Source: Octopus vulgaris
Taxonomy: Eukaryota
Direction of reading: 5' to 3'
Assembly: GCA_951406725.2 (NCBI GenBank)
Contig: OX597821.1
Span: 27,280,001-27,344,000 of the forward strand
Length of the DNA stretch: 64,000 bases
Translations under genes and position numbers: made by a program
In this document: positions 12,541 to 26,116 of the stretch, one piece after another
Numbering within the stretch: position 1 is the first letter of the stretch
Layout: every line of letters begins with the position of its first letter
The notes under the pieces: generated by a model
Told to the model about the DNA's origin: nothing
Databases searched by the model: none
What the model saw: only the letters and a program-made list of their open reading frames with translations

Positions 12541-12599
12541 AATATCTTGTAGGTGGTGCTTTGTTTATTCTAGGAAGCCTACCGACAAAAATCAGGAAG

Positions 12600-13600
12600 A
12601 GACATGGGGGAAAATAAGTTGCAATAACATGCAAATTAATGATGGGATACCATGCACATCCCTCCCAAACTTTTCAGACTAATTTGATGCTTAACTGAAT
12701 AAAAAAATACAAAATACTCTGTGTAAACTATATCACATTATGTAGGGAGAAAACTTCATTAACAATATTAACCTCGTTAACAATATTAACCTCATTAACA
12801 ATATAAACTTCCATACCCAATTCCCTAAGATAGACAGCGATAAAAAGTTCCATTTCATGGATACACAAATAAAACCCAACACTAGAATTTGTCATATATA
12901 TGTTTTTAAACAAAACCACTCTCAACAAAACCTACTCTACATAATATGTTATCCGAAAGAAGATCAAAACGTCAATCTAAGAAACTTAGCAGTACGAATC
13001 TGCGAAGTAGTCTCGGGCTCTATTAAAAGAATCAAAGCTCGGAAGTAAAAGTAATTACTTTTTAATAGAAAATACTCTCAAAATTTAAGCATTTTTAAAT
13101 TCAAAAAGCAACGCGGGTTTCTAAACAGAAACTTCGAGAAACTAACTCAGAAACGAAAAATATGTCATTCCATGTATTTCGCCAAAACACCTAAATATTT
13201 ACAAAACAAACGTTTAAATATTGCAGTGTTAATAAGGGATAGAGCGCTTTCAAAAGCATCCAGTACCAAACCAAAACATTTAAAGCTGTAACGATATAGC
13301 TGGCAAATGCAAAATCTACTGATCCTAATGTAAGGAAAAGTATCTAAGTTGCGGAGTATGCAGCCATATATCAGAACGGCCAGAAATCTGCGATACAAAA
13401 ACCGATTTTCACGATTAAAAATTGGTTTCATTCGGGCATCTTATATACATTATGGCATACGGAGTTTACCATGAACAGTATACTTGGTTACAACATTGCA
13501 AAGGACAGTAAGAATAGATCAATAGATTAACAACGTATCAGTGAGCAATAAATAAGTAAAAATTATTCTAATATGTATATTAGAGCGTTTTGTTGAATAC
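12600..13600 (+). mobile_element. Highly degraded Penelope-like RT C-terminus/thumb and GIY-YIG
   Basis: QFPKIDSDKKFHFMDTQIK..KQNHSQQNLLYIICYPK..NLRNLAVRICEVVS resembles the PLE pattern QFTME..LPFLD..KPTDSKQYL..HP..NIPYNLARRIC. CGVCSHI occurs at ~13350. Confidence 0.65.
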
Positions 13601-14430
13601 CTTTGCAAGATCAGGTTCGCTAAAATTAGCCCAGCTTAGTGTCATTTTAGCTCGGTTGGTTATTCTTTGTAGCATACGAATGTGTTCGGACTGGCCTTGT
13701 ACAGAGTCCACCCGTACTTCAGACTCAGCTTGGAGCAGGAATTAATCTTTCTCTCTAAGTATCTGTCCCTCACCGTTTACATTCTCCAGCCTTTTAATTT
13801 AAACCCCGTGTTAACACCTTACCTTCCATTTACATCCAGAGAGTCTCCTTAACATCTGCACCCACACATATCAACTATACCGTCAAACTCTTTACTCAAT
13901 GCCAGAGTCCAAAACGTTCAAAAAGTTCATACATGCATCAACACATACTCTTTCCTACTTCACACACATACACACATTAGCATCCATATTTACATTAGAG
14001 TCCCTCGTGCTATTCATCCTCTCACATAGACTAGCAATTGCACTTTCACTTCTCAACACCTACAACATTGGTCACCTCTATTCCACCTAACACCTCTATC
14101 CAGTATGATACTCATAACGACCTCACACACACACACACACACACACACAAACAAAAAAGAGAGCACAAACACGCATACGCACACTTAAACACGCACAAGT
14201 ACACCGAATACTGAGGCACCCTCTAGGTTCTTACACATATACCCCATGAGACACATCTTTACGTCAGACACATCTTTTTGTTCGAAACGTAAAAGCTATT
14301 TCCTTCCATATTTCTCTGAGCGTCAACGTAATTCACTCCGAAATTTTCACCTCGTTTTCGAGGCAACATTTTTAACTCTGGGAAATGGGGTATTGTATGT
14401 TCGACTGCAACTCTCTTTTGATCTGTTAGC
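13600..14430 (+). mobile_element. Penelope-like GIY-YIG C-terminus plus 3' UTR/pLTR with the 3' half of an HHR
   Basis: SSVGYSL*HTNVFGLALYRVHPYFRLSLEQELIFSL is a PLE-type C-terminus. GAAACGTAAAAG at 14284-14295 matches the HHR family at 43564 and 63660. Confidence 0.6.
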
Positions 14431-14529
14431 ATAGGCTGCCCTACTTGGAGCTCGTGCTCCGCTGGCATAACTATCAGATCACTGTGGTGCACGAGCCACG
14501 GCACTACAATAAGGACTGGACCGTGTAAT

Positions 14530-14608
<79 letters not shown>

Positions 14609-14621
14609 TACGGCAAAAAAT

Positions 14622-14801
14622 TAGATTCAGATGAATATGGTACATAAGTTAAGGCACCAGAATTTAGTACGGTATTATACATACAATATCAACGGAAGGT
14701 AATTAAAATCAAAATACGCAAAAAAGGATATCCAGGGGTAATGTAGTACGACCGTTTCATGCATGAAACGATCGTACTGCATTACCTCTGGGTATCCTTG
14801 T

Positions 14802-14805
<4 letters not shown>
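14622..14805. mobile_element. PLE pLTR 3' ends joined as a spacer-less ~38-bp-arm palindrome
   Basis: 14724-14761 is inverted at 14762-14799 around the centre GTTTCATG|CATGAAAC. 14622-14760 is homologous to 59138-59275 and 14937-15050. Confidence 0.75.
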
Positions 14806-14855
<50 letters not shown>

Positions 14856-16109
14856 TTGTGTGTGTGTGTGTGTGTGTGCGTGTGTGTGTGTGTTTGTTTG
14901 TGTATGTGTGTGTATGTATGTATATAAGTAATAACAGATTCATTTGAATTAGGTACTTAGATTAAAGCACCAACTCAGTCAGGTATTATCCGTACAGCTC
15001 GAAGTAAGGTGAATAAAATGTAAACAATCAACAAAATATCAAGAAGTGAACAGAATTTTAACCAATTGGACACATTAATATAGAATTGTTTTCCTTAACT
15101 ATAAACATCCTATCCCTTATAAATTGTTATTTTTCTTGTTTGTAAATAGAAATTTTTCAGTTACTTAAGTCTATGCGAGAGGTTTATACTATATCCATAT
15201 AAAAGTATAAATATCTGTGTATGTGTATGTGTGCATAAATATGAGCGTGTATATGTACATCTTTATCTTATTTAATTTTGGTGGGCTTATAATTAATATA
15301 TAGATTGCATGTTTATCTTCCTAGTATTCCATAAGTAAATGCACTGAGCGGTCATTATAGAAACAACCTAATAAGTAATTAATTAGTTCATGAAAAAATG
15401 TAATCTTACCTTTTTAATGTTGATAATCGATATATACACATATTTTACCTATTTTGGTTATACTATCATTTTCATAATATTAAATTTTATTTTCATACAA
15501 CATAATATTGTTTATAAACAATCACCTGTATTACCCCAAGATAACATCCTACGTTTTATTAGCGTTTTGCCCCTTTAACTGGTCATTAACATCCTGATTT
15601 AGAGTCCCCCTACCCAGCTTCCTTTTATAGAGACCTACTCTATATTCAATTTACTACTCCTAATGTCTTCTCTCCCTGAGGAAATGGGATAAATACAATA
15701 TTTATGACCATATCTAGATATGAGCTGTCAACTCATTCTTGCCCTTCATTCATAACAGACACAGTCATCTAGTCTTAGATTTAGTAGTTGATAAAAAGAC
15801 AAATAAATTAGAAATCAGCCACAATCTGTTACAAGCTATGATCCCAGTGGGCTTCATGCCATTCTTGGAAGTGTAGTCTATTCTTAGCTACTATAGCGAC
15901 AGAATGAATTCCCTCCATCTTCTTGCTCTGTTAAAGTAGTTGAGAAAAAATATATGAATGCATCCAACTGGATAAAATTCTATCTATTTGTGCAGCTGAT
16001 GATAGCACTGCATTTACATTGATATAATGATTGCAATTGTACAATTAAATGGTGCCCCTTCAAACGGTCCTACTGCTTCACTTTTATATATATATATATA
16101 TATATATAT

Positions 16110-16560
16110 AAGGAAAAATTTTTTTAAAAATGCAGAATGCTCAAATGAAAGAAAATTTTAATAAAATGAGAAAATGATAAAATATATAAATATATATATT
16201 TATTCAACCGGTTTTCGTCAATGTATGACTTGTCAAGAATATTTATGTTTTAAGAAGTTTTTTTAAAAATTAGAAAGGGGAAAAAAAGAAAATTGCAATG
16301 TTTTTTGTAAAAGAATAATGATAAAAATGTACAAAAATTAAAAAATAAGTTCTCCGATACATTGTGAGTTCGTTGTGTATCTTGAGTTTTATGGTTGTTT
16401 ACCAAAAAATTACCTTGAGGTGTTAAGATCCAAAGGGATTAAGAGCATGTGATGTGTTGTGTTGTTAAATTCAGCATGTTGCAGGACAGGAAGTAGTAGT
16501 AATTGTGGTCCTGGTTCTTCAGTTCCTGTGTTGTGAGTAAGGGGAGACAACTCTTTTGAG
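16110..16560 (-). mobile_element. PLE pLTR/3' UTR fragment in (TA)n with U3:A8 hammerhead
   Basis: Contains the HHR at 16201-16241, followed on the minus strand by AATAAA and a T-rich tail ending at (TA)n. Confidence 0.7.
16201..16241 (-). ncRNA. Minimal type I hammerhead, U3:A8 covariant core
   Basis: Minus strand reads TATTC-TTGACAA-GTCA-TACAT-TGAC-GAAA-ACCGGT-T^GAATA. Stem I is a perfect 5 bp, stem II is 4 bp and stem III is palindromic. There is one extra A after GAA. Confidence 0.72.
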
Positions 16561-16873
16561 TTCTTCAATAAAACCCAAATTATAAAACTATCATTTTAGC
16601 TTCATTTGCATTATCTTTTTTATATAATTGCTTGTTAACTTAACTTTCAGATTTTAACACTTTATTTATATTATTTTCTAATAATATAAAACTGCATAGA
16701 CAATTGCATTTCAAATTGTCATATCATTTATAATAAAAATGATAGTAGTAACAACAACAATAGTGAAAATGATATTTAAAAAAAAAATTTCCTTACTTAT
16801 CACTTCTCCACGTGCGGTCAACGCAACCCCACCATTTATTGATCTGTACCCTCTACCACACGTGTGATTCAGA

Positions 16874-17736
16874 ATGCCTCCGAAAAACAAGAGCACTCTT
16901 ACAGAGACAGTCACCAATAAGACCATTCTAAAAGAACTCAAAGTACTCAATACACATCTACTTACATTCTCCAAAAAAATTGACGAACTTCTCCTTCAAT
17001 CCCGGGACAACTCAGAAAACAACCATCATCAACAACTTTCGGATAAAATTGATGTAAACCTAAACGAAATCAACACTACACTGAAAACTCTACTTTCGGA
17101 TAAGATAGATGTAAACCTAAATGAAATCAACACTACACTGAAAACTCTACTTACCAATTCAACGCCAAAGAGACCTCAGACACCACTCAACACACAGAAG
17201 GAACACATTTCAACCCCAGCACAACGCATTAAAAACCAGATCATCACTACTTGGACTAAGAAACTACACAACAGAAAACTTCTCTTCTGGAACATGCTCA
17301 AAAACCAAAACAAAGCTGATATTTACGACAAATGGTTAAACTCCTCCCCTATCATACTACCCCGAAAATTCCAAATCAAACACATCCCAGACGAACCTGA
17401 AAAACAACGCTCCTTAAGAGAAAAACTAACATTGGAAAAAATGAAAACCGAAGTAGAACTTCTAAAACTCAGAGCACAAAACCACGAACAAAAATACACA
17501 AAAATAGACGATGAGATACTTCTAGAACTAACCTCACACACCAACGAACAGCCCCTCGAACTTGTTATTAAACTATGGAAAGATGAATGTGAAAAGGAAG
17601 AACGAACCTCCCTCAAACGCTGGGAAAACAACAAAGATTTCTTCCTCAACTATGAAACACAATTCATATTAAACCATAAATCCAAAAACCCATTCATAAA
17701 AGTACCCACAACACAGACTTCCACTGTACCCCATAA
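16874..17736 (+). CDS. Uninterrupted ORF (>=287 aa, truncated by the assembly gap) of unknown family; predicted helical/coiled-coil; probably TE-encoded (PLE 5' ORF)
   Basis: ATG start and no stops up to the N gap. A/C-rich strand bias typical of retroelements, an internal 57-bp duplication (LSDKIDVNLNEINTTLKTL x2), an upstream TTTCAG acceptor-like site (~16650) and an inverted pLTR. Confidence 0.65.
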
Positions 17737-17836
17737 NNNNNNNNNNNNNNNNNNNNNNNNNNNNNNNNNNNNNNNNNNNNNNNNNNNNNNNNNNNNNNNN
17801 NNNNNNNNNNNNNNNNNNNNNNNNNNNNNNNNNNNN
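17737..17836. other. Assembly gap (100 N)
   Basis: Run of exactly 100 N. Confidence 0.99.
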
Positions 17837-18631
17837 CATGAAGGGAAACCAAAGGGCCGGCAGATTTCCAAGGTATACCTCTCACTAGATCATCATAGAT
17901 CCACCTCCATGTTTAACAGTTGGAAGAAGGTAGTTCCAGATCAAATGCTTCTTTTGGCTGTCTACATACGTATACGCGACCGGTGGTCGGAAATAAGGTA
18001 AAGCATGACTCGTCCGATTAAATAACATTCTTCGACTGCTCTAGGGACTAATTCTGTAGGTTTTTACTCCTATGTAAATGCTTTGCAACGTTTGTTTTTG
18101 AAAGTAGGGGTTTTCTGCTTGCAGCCCTCCCGTGGTATCCAGCTTTGTGAAGCTCCCGGCGAACAGTGCTTGTACAAAATGGTTTATCGAGGTGGTAATT
18201 AAGCTCTGCAGTAATTTTAGGAGCTGTACTTTTGTGATCCTTTCTAACAATTTACCTATCTGACGGTCCCTATCTAAAAGTCTCGGTTTTCTTCCGAAGT
18301 TTTATTCCGACGAGGAGGTTGTTATCACTTTCTCAAAGGCTGTCATTACTTTCAAGACAGTACTGCTTCATACACCAAACATTTCGGATGCTTTCGTTAC
18401 GCTAGAGCCTGCCATAAGAGCACCAACAATTTGACCTATTTGAAAGTCCGATAGATCTGTCATTTTGATGAATTTTAGTTACCTATTTGTGATGATATCT
18501 GTAAAGAAACAGCAATTTTACAAAAACATATTGAGCAAAACTAATAATAAATCAAATAATATTAAAATAAACAAGCTATAAAATTATGATGCTATGATGC
18601 TAGGTGTTTCCATAATTTTTTCCAACCCTTG
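17837..18631 (-). mobile_element. Tc1-family DNA transposon, 5' half (TIR plus decayed transposase)
   Basis: TA + CAAGGGTTGGAAAAAATTATGGAAACACC TIR at 18631-18603. From ATG 18463 it reads MTDLSDFQIGQIVGA..GRKPRL..TVRRELHKAGYHGRAASRKP..VI*SDESCF..PTVKHGGGSMMI. Confidence 0.9.
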
Positions 18632-19229
18632 TATATATATATATATATATATACATACATATATGTATAGAATTATAATTGAGAAGATGAACTGAATAGA
18701 TAAATGACTTCTATTTAAGTATACGTATTTGTGCAAAATGGAAAGACGTGTGAAGTTGCAGAGAATACGGCTGTAAGTTTCAAGGTTCACTAATATAAGG
18801 GAAATTTGTGCAACATAACAAAGATGGCTTGGGTTTTTCTGATCTGATACATAGTAGTTAGGGTGAGGAAGCTACATTGTACATGCCATCCTCTTCGTGT
18901 TATATAATGTTGGCTGGTATATAATTCGTATTAAGTATGGTGACTACTTTCAAACATTAAATTACTTTATTACAGTGCTCGTCTTCAATTGTGACATAAC
19001 TCTTATTCTCCATATTTTAACAACTGTCAAAGTATCTTTAAATAATAATGAGCATGTACTGAGATGTTCTTTTTCCGGTTCTAAAACGTCAGTGTTTCAC
19101 AAGTCGAGCCGTCAATGTGACAATTATCGTATCGGTGCTCTGAATTTGGTATTCTGACACACATGTCTAAGCTGTAGACTGGATAGTAGATTAAAACATA
19201 AGTTTAATGTTGTTGAGTAAATTTCTTTT

Positions 19230-19760
19230 ACATCGTTTTTTCTGTAGGCTCTGTGACGGCCAACTGTAAATCTAATCTTTCTTTCCCGACAATAGTCAGG
19301 CAATAGTTGCAGTGAAACGTTTGTGGGTGCAGGATAATTTCAGGAACGTAAGGGGAAGCACGCTTCTAGAAGTAGTGGCCGTCTTGTAGAGGATGATGTT
19401 GATGTTACCTCCTGTTATGATATTGTCTTCGAAGTTGAGTAGATAAGGAGGTACTGTGTGGGACAGAAGTATTCAAATTTAGAAGAGGTGGTGATGTGGT
19501 TCGACATGTGAGAACACGGTTTGAGGTGTAGTTTGAGGACCTTTTGCCTGAAGCCATCTTAGTTGTGTTTGCGTGAATTACTAACTTTGCATGTCTATTA
19601 TCATGACAACTAAAGCTTCTGCGAAGGGTTTGACGTGGACGCTTTGGGACTCGAGAGAGAAAAAAAGCAAAAATTGATATAAGGCGTCTGTTTAAATAAA
19701 TGTAATGACGCAAAACTTTAATTTTAGTCCAGGGTTGTGGGATTTTCAGACTGTAGAAAT
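19230..19760 (-). mobile_element. Possible very old Tc1/Tc3-like transposase remnant
   Basis: Only scattered HTH-like and HKTA-like residues in broken frames. Confidence 0.25.
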
Positions 19761-20199
19761 CCTACGTCAGCTGTTTACAGTTGAGTATTTACAATTTTGC
19801 ATGATAAAAGACTACAGCGCGTCTGGATGCTGTTCCACAAGGAAGTGCTCAATATGGTGGAATGGCAAATATAGAGTTTATGCTTTCTATCCTCATTGCA
19901 TCAGACACAGTTAGGGACCGCTGAGAAATTGTTAACAAAATTGAAGTTGGAGTGGCCACATAAACAGAAAAGCTGACATGACCAACAAGGCGCGTTCCAG
20001 AATTTTCTCTGGACTTTCCATTCTGGAAGCAATCGATCCTGCCATTGTGCTTTTCTGTTCTACCTTCACGTATCCTCACCTCGAACATTGCTGTCATTGT
20101 CTCTCTACATGAAATACCATATTAAAATTGAAACACACCAGTGATCGTACACACACACAGACATTATGCCCCCCACCCCCCGCACACAAACACAGGTCT

Positions 20200-20900
20200 T
20201 GGTTCCTGAGATCGGCTTCAGAGGCTTAGAATTGATCCTCTCTCTCCAACTCTGCTGTAAATGCTATGCCACTTGTGTACTGTGGAAAATAGTCTTTCAA
20301 CATTGCCCAAATGATGTTGACATCATCTTTAAAAAATCCATCCAAGTCTTGGTCCTCGTCCCATCCATCCTTTACAAAAATTATGCACGTGTTACATTGC
20401 GACATTACGACGAAAACAGTTCAACTGAACAGACTCTAATTTTTAAAAAAAATTTGTCAAGACACATTAGGGAAGAAAAACGATTCCAGGATGAATACCA
20501 CCAACAGTTACCATATGAACCATTTCCATCTGGATATACTGGGTTGGCAAGAAAATAATTTCGATTTTTAGCTGTGACCTCTCAATTCGGAGAAGTGGCT
20601 GCAGTGCGTGGATCTCCCTTTTGGACTTCCACTTACGCCCTCTATCGGGTAAAATGACTTTAAATACTCTGCGGAGGAACATAGTCATGGCCACTTGAAT
20701 TTGAAATCGTATTCTTTATGTAATTAACCAAGATTCCTGACCATAATTAAGGGTACCCACGAACACGGAATTGAAGATTAAGTGGCTTCTTCCCATTGCT
20801 GAATGTTGAAACTGGGGCACTACCTATATTCACTAGCTCCTAAAATTAGAACATTTTATTCAGCCTACTCTTTTCCATGGCCCCGGACGCACTTGAAAAT
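20200..20900 (-). mobile_element. Possible degraded L1/Tx1 ORF1 fragment
   Basis: ALQPLL..FLPTQY..VTVGGIHPGI resembles the ORF1 segment KIKIGKVPPEI at ~31190, with GRGPR..C.HH further downstream. Confidence 0.35.
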
Positions 20901-21025
20901 CTCCTATTTCAGTGGAGCTCACTCCCATGTAGAGGGCATTGTGGTGGCTTACTTTAGAAGTGCGGGAGCCCCAGTTTTTGTAACACCGATTATCATTCCT
21001 ACCGAGCAGCATTTCGTAGAAAATT

Positions 21026-21982
<957 letters not shown>

Positions 21983-22023
21983 CATATATATATTTAAATA
22001 TATATATGTCTGGATGCATGTGT

Positions 22024-22300
22024 GGAGGGACATGGCCTGGTGGTTAGAGCAGCGAACTCGCGGTCGAAGGAACGTGAGTTCGAATCTCAGACCGGGCGAT
22101 GTGTGTGTTTATGAGGGAAACTCTTAAGCCCAACGCGGCTCCGGCAGAAGGTAATGGTGAACCTCTTCTGACTCTTTCGCCACAACTTTCCTCCTGCATC
22201 TTGCAGCTCACCTGCGACGGACCGGCGTCCCGTCCAGGTGAAAAACCTATATGCCAAGGAAACCGGGAAAACCGGCCCTTATGTGCCAGGCATGGCTCGA
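22024..22300 (+). mobile_element. tRNA-derived SINE, family C
   Basis: A box TGGCCTGGTGG and B box AGTTCGAATCT. The head is homologous to 57948-58050. Confidence 0.8.
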
Positions 22301-22837
22301 GTAGGAACAAACAATATATGCATGTACATACAATTCTATAAATATATTCAGGTGTGTGTATTTGGGTGTTCTTATTCGTATTTTTGTGTCTGTGTTTCTG
22401 CTTGTGTTGGTGTGTGTTTCTAGGGCAAAAGTACTCAATTCATGTTATAGAGTATAATTATATCTATTCTGCTGATGCCATTAGCTACACCTTGAATTCC
22501 ACGATTGTTCGATTAATCAGATTACTATATTAATCTATTATGAAGAAAATGGAATACATAACACTGCCTAATCAATCATATTAAATATATTATACATTCC
22601 GAAAGTGTTCGTGTGCATAATACCTGAGACAGGTGTGCTGTCATGTAGCCTTTAAGCCATAATCAATTTCCAACTTGGTGTTCAAGGAAACAGATGGCAT
22701 CCAGCTGTTTCTAACGGAAAATAAAAATTAAATATTTTAGAAAAATATAAGGCGTGGATGATGAATGAACGAATATAAATTACTTCTCACTCTCTTCATC
22801 ACCTACACACACAAACAAAAAACACACACACACTCAC

Positions 22838-23335
<498 letters not shown>

Positions 23336-23857
23336 CGCATGCTTTAATGTAGGGAAGTGGAAACATGAAATTCCTATAGCTACTACGGAATAAATAGGTT
23401 TGCCACTACATAAATCTACTGTACATATATATGTGTGTTTTGGCGCGTAGCTAATTTTCTATGCATCTATCTTTGTATGTACATATGTACGTTTACAGGA
23501 AAATTGTTTTTGCATCGCAGCACTAATTCCGCGTGCTCAATTATATTCCCAGAAGGCACTGAATGCATCATTGAAATCAACTTGACGTCTGTCCTTCTTT
23601 ATGCTGTAGGTTAAATGCGGAAGCATGAGTCTCTTTGAAAGTAATGCTGACTCTTAATAATTTCATTTATCAGTGCAAGATCAATATATTTGTAGGTGAA
23701 AGGTATAGTCTACTGAAATGACCCAGAGTATATGTGGCACTCATTCTATCGATCGCCTCTATTTGGAGGACATGTAATTTAGAACGGAAATGAAGTGAGT
23801 GTTAACTATATCTCTCATTTTATTCTGAGCTTGTAATTGATGTATATTTTTTTTTCA

Positions 23858-24248
23858 CTTGTTTCAGTCATTTGACTCTGACCATGCTGGAGCACCACCT
23901 TTAGTCGAGCAAATCGACTCCGGGACTTATTCTTTGTAAACCCAGTACTTATTCTATCGGTCTCTTTAACCGAACCGCTAAGTGACGGGGACGTAAACAC
24001 ACCAGCATCGGTTGTCAAGCGATGGTGGGGGGACAAACACAGACACACAAACACACACACACACACATACATATATACATATATACGACAGGCTTCTTTC
24101 AGTTTCCGTCTACCAAATCCACTCACAAGGCTTTGGTCGGCCCGAGGCTATAGTAGAAGACACTTGCCCAAGGTGCCACGCAGTGGGATTGAACCCGAAA
24201 CCATGTGGTTGGTAAGCAAGCTACTTACCACAGAGCCACTCCTACGCC
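23858..24248 (-). mobile_element. tRNA-derived CORE-type SINE, family B, full length
   Basis: Minus head GGCGTAGGAGTGGCTCTGTGG..GGGTTCAATCCC, CORE-like CACCTTGGGCAAGTG and an internal (TG)n. Confidence 0.9.
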
Positions 24249-24814
24249 TACAGTGTATTGTATTTCATTTACTTTTTGTGTTGTTGTGGAACATATACCA
24301 TATTCTGCACGAATGATGCGTTAACGGTTTTCACTCAATTCCAAGCCATTTTACCTGCATTTTAGCAGGTCATTCCTTCACTTTCATAAGGCATATTTAC
24401 GCTTATATTACCCCAAAATATCTAAAAGTCAGAACTCGAATAGCCACTCAGTTACTTCCATTTTTTTCATGCACCTCTCCTAACTAAATCCCACTCTCCT
24501 TCTTCTTCTGCAAAGATAGAGGCACGCATCCTATCGTTCCCCTAAATGCAAGTTCGTGAAACATCAGTGCTTATTATGTGTAGCATTTAGACTTAACCAA
24601 CACTGTCGAAGTAATACGGATACGATGTATTATTTGATATATTGTATTATAATATTTCTGCAATAATTTATGAAGTGGAAATGAAACCGTTGTTGAGTTA
24701 TGAAATAAAGCGTGTTTGATCAATCCGTTCTCTTTTGTTTACAGAAACATGCACACACAAACAAACAAACACACACACACACACACAAAATACACACACA
24801 CATACTGATGGGCG

Positions 24815-25060
24815 TCGGGCTCACAAAGTGCGTTGTGTTCTTGCGAAAGACACTTTATTTCACGTGGGTGCAGCTTACACATCTGTAGAAATAAGTTGCG
24901 GCGTCACTGGTACCAAGCTCTATCGGCCTTTGTCATTCCCTTAGATAGCATTGATGGCGCGGTGAGGGCAGGCTGGTAAGCATGTGCGACTGCTGCTTTT
25001 CCATAAATAACCTCGGAGGGTAACTTTCCAGGTACAATTCTACGGTCAATCATGTCTGAA
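24815..25060 (+). mobile_element. Headless SINE body (CORE-like)
   Basis: GTGCGTTGTGTTCTTGCGAAAGACACTTTATTTCACG resembles the CORE segments of 58390-58450 and 33680-33710(-). Confidence 0.5.
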
Positions 25061-26116
25061 TCATGTGTATGTGTGTGTGTGTGTCTGTGTGTGTGTGCGC
25101 GTATGCAAATAATAAGGAAAATTATAATACTTAGATGGAATTTACAAACATTTAATGCATCGCTACGCGCGTTTGCACAAGTTCATTGACTTAAAATCAC
25201 AGTCCGTATTCCTGGGATGATTACAGTGTGTTCTGTAGTACCCGTGGACATCCGGTTGATCACCCTCATTGATTCATTTTTGTTCAGGCGATATAGTATT
25301 AGTTGATGTACAACAGAGAGATTATCATCCCTTTATACCAGTATGAAGGCCAAGCGAGTGTTATGGCCTTCATAATCTTTCGAGGTCGATAAATTAAATA
25401 CCAGTTGCGTACTGGGGTCGATCAATTCGCTTGACTCCCTCCGCAAAAATGTCGGACCTTGTACCTAGAGTAGAACCCCCCCCCCCAAAAAAAAACCCCC
25501 ACAATTGTCTGTGTTTTCTATTACTTCAGCCTACGTTTTGTAATTGTTAGTTTCGTACATTCCTACAAAAGGAGAACAAAAAAAAATCATGCATATTTTG
25601 ACTTGCTCGTGTTTTTGTTTGCTTTAGTTTTCGCTTGTTTCGTACATACTACTTATTTAGTTATAGAGAAGATTTTGTAACAGCATATACTTGTATATGA
25701 CAACCTAATTCCCAGTATTCGTGGTAAATATAATATTTCTTTTACAGATTTCGGGTGGTGTATTGTAATGCTGGCTGGCTTGTCATTAATTCATTTAACG
25801 TCTAGTTGAGAATACTAAAACTATAAAACAGAACTGCAACATTTTGAGACTAGATGGCAATTATGCAAGTTTATGCGTTTAACTGTTTTAAGAATTAATC
25901 GAATGCGTCTATAATATCTCTTACTCACCTTTTATTTTATTAGTGTATGTTAAAGTCTGTCTTGTCTATTTATTTCTAAATCTCTCTTTATTTCCATGAT
26001 ATTACTCTTTGTATTCAAGTTTACTGTCTTCAAATTTACATTGGTGGATTTTGTTAAACATTTATCGAATCTATAAGAAAATCCATGTATCATTATTATT
26101 ATCATTATTGTTGTTA

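Noticed and set aside
16874-18001. 375-aa ORF as a single protein
   Set aside because: It reads through a 100-N gap. The part after 17836 is the antisense strand of a Tc1 transposase.
22024-22095. Functional tRNA genes (also 9740, 57948 and 58337)
   Set aside because: A/B boxes are present, but acceptor stems are poor and the sequences continue into repeat bodies. These are SINE or tRNA-like heads.
25748-25810. Short exon encoding a hydrophobic C-terminus (FGWCIVMLAGLSLIHLTSS*)
   Set aside because: The acceptor is good, but the upstream candidate exon has stops in all frames, so support is too thin.
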